In this document: positions 63,325 through 64,000 of the stretch, in pieces | How positions within the stretch are numbered: the first letter of the stretch is position 1 | How the letters are laid out: the number at the start of each line of letters is the position of its first letter | Source: Monocercomonoides exilis PA203 | Taxonomy: Eukaryota > Protista > Preaxostyla | NCBI GenBank assembly: GCA_001643675.2 | Contig: LSRY02000003.1 | Location: forward strand, 1,550,001-1,614,000 | Length of the DNA: 64,000 nt | Direction of reading: 5' to 3' | Notes under the pieces: generated by a model | Told to the model about the DNA's origin: nothing | The model's database searches: none | The model's input: the letters and a program-made list of their open reading frames with translations, nothing else | Translations under genes and position numbers: made by a program

Positions 63325-63533
63325 ATAATCTTTGATAACCTTACATAAAGTAATTTTAAAACTGTTTTCAGACTTTCAAGTTTTTTATAAATAATAATAT
63401 TTGAAATATAAAATTCTCCTTTTTTTTAAAAAAATTAATCTCTTTCTTTTTTCATTATCGCTCATAAAAATTCATCATTTCAAAGAAAAAACAAAACAAA
63501 AAACACAAAAAAACAAAACGTAATGATTTTCAG

Positions 63534-64000
63534 GAAATCCCATCTGTGGTGTTCAGACAAGCCTCGCCCTCATCAACACCTCCTTGTGTGTGGCCCATCT
63601 CAACCTCATCCCCCTCGCTGGTTGTCCACTCCTCACTGCCCAACACCACTCAGCTGCCTCCATCTCCTCCTCCACTTGCACCATCTTCCCACCTTCCCTC
63701 AACAACAACCACCACCACCACCACTGCCCCCTCTTCCTCTCTGCCCATGCCTCCATCGCCCTCACAAACTTCTCCCTCACCACCCACCAACCAGCCATCT
63801 TCTCCTTCCCCCTCTTCTCCACCCCAAACAATCTCCTCCCAGATCCCCACTCCCCAATCCCTGCCACCTTCTCCATCTCTCACTCCTCATTCTCCTCATT
63901 CATCCCCCTCATCCAGCCTTTCCTTTTTTCTCCTTCTTCCCTCTCTTCCCCTTCCCCTTCTCCATCTCCATCCCTTTCACCTTCTCCTTCATCTTTCTCA
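63534..64000 (+). CDS. Pmp-like family copy 7 (partial, runs off the window), starting at a 3' splice site
   Basis: AATGATTTTCAG|GAAATCCCATCTGTGG, with high identity to 2395-2850 and to the reverse complement of 51887-51450. Confidence 0.75.

Noticed and set aside
1-64000. tRNA/rRNA genes, non-standard genetic code, diversity-generating retroelement
   Set aside because: No RNA gene recognised by eye. Ribosomal proteins end in TAA with no internal stops. There is no reverse transcriptase, and paralog differences are not adenine-specific.

Overview
AT-rich eukaryotic DNA with the standard genetic code (TAA/TGA used as stops) and many short GT-AG introns with GTTTG/GTATG-type donors. The gene style resembles an oxymonad/Preaxostyla protist such as Monocercomonoides; this is an inference, not a database result. 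Ordinary genes: ABHD/YheT-type alpha/beta hydrolase, two tandem tetraspanin-like genes, a ~2170-aa beta-helix type I membrane protein, RPL10, a SPRY protein, an S41-like peptidase, RPL21 and a PHD-finger protein. About half of the window is a dynamic locus holding nine copies of one Cys-rich GGA(I/L/V)/FxxC beta-helix (Pmp-like) gene. Only the copy at 2268 has an in-frame start with a signal-like leader. The others are 5'-truncated at one of three shared junctions, all complete copies stop at the same 3' point, and the copies are patchwork mosaics of one another. Four near-perfect long inverted repeats (1-1651, 9306-10944, ~30247-42970 with ~6 kb arms, 52730-53743) each lie 5' of, or enclose, a copy. 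They share diverged modules and the terminal repeat of a 258-bp MITE. A pogo/DDE_1 transposon with 31-bp TIRs and TA duplication lies at 55227-57468. Best candidate for a new system: a palindrome-associated, gene-conversion-driven surface-protein cassette repertoire. All alignments were done by eye, so boundaries of diverged repeats are approximate.
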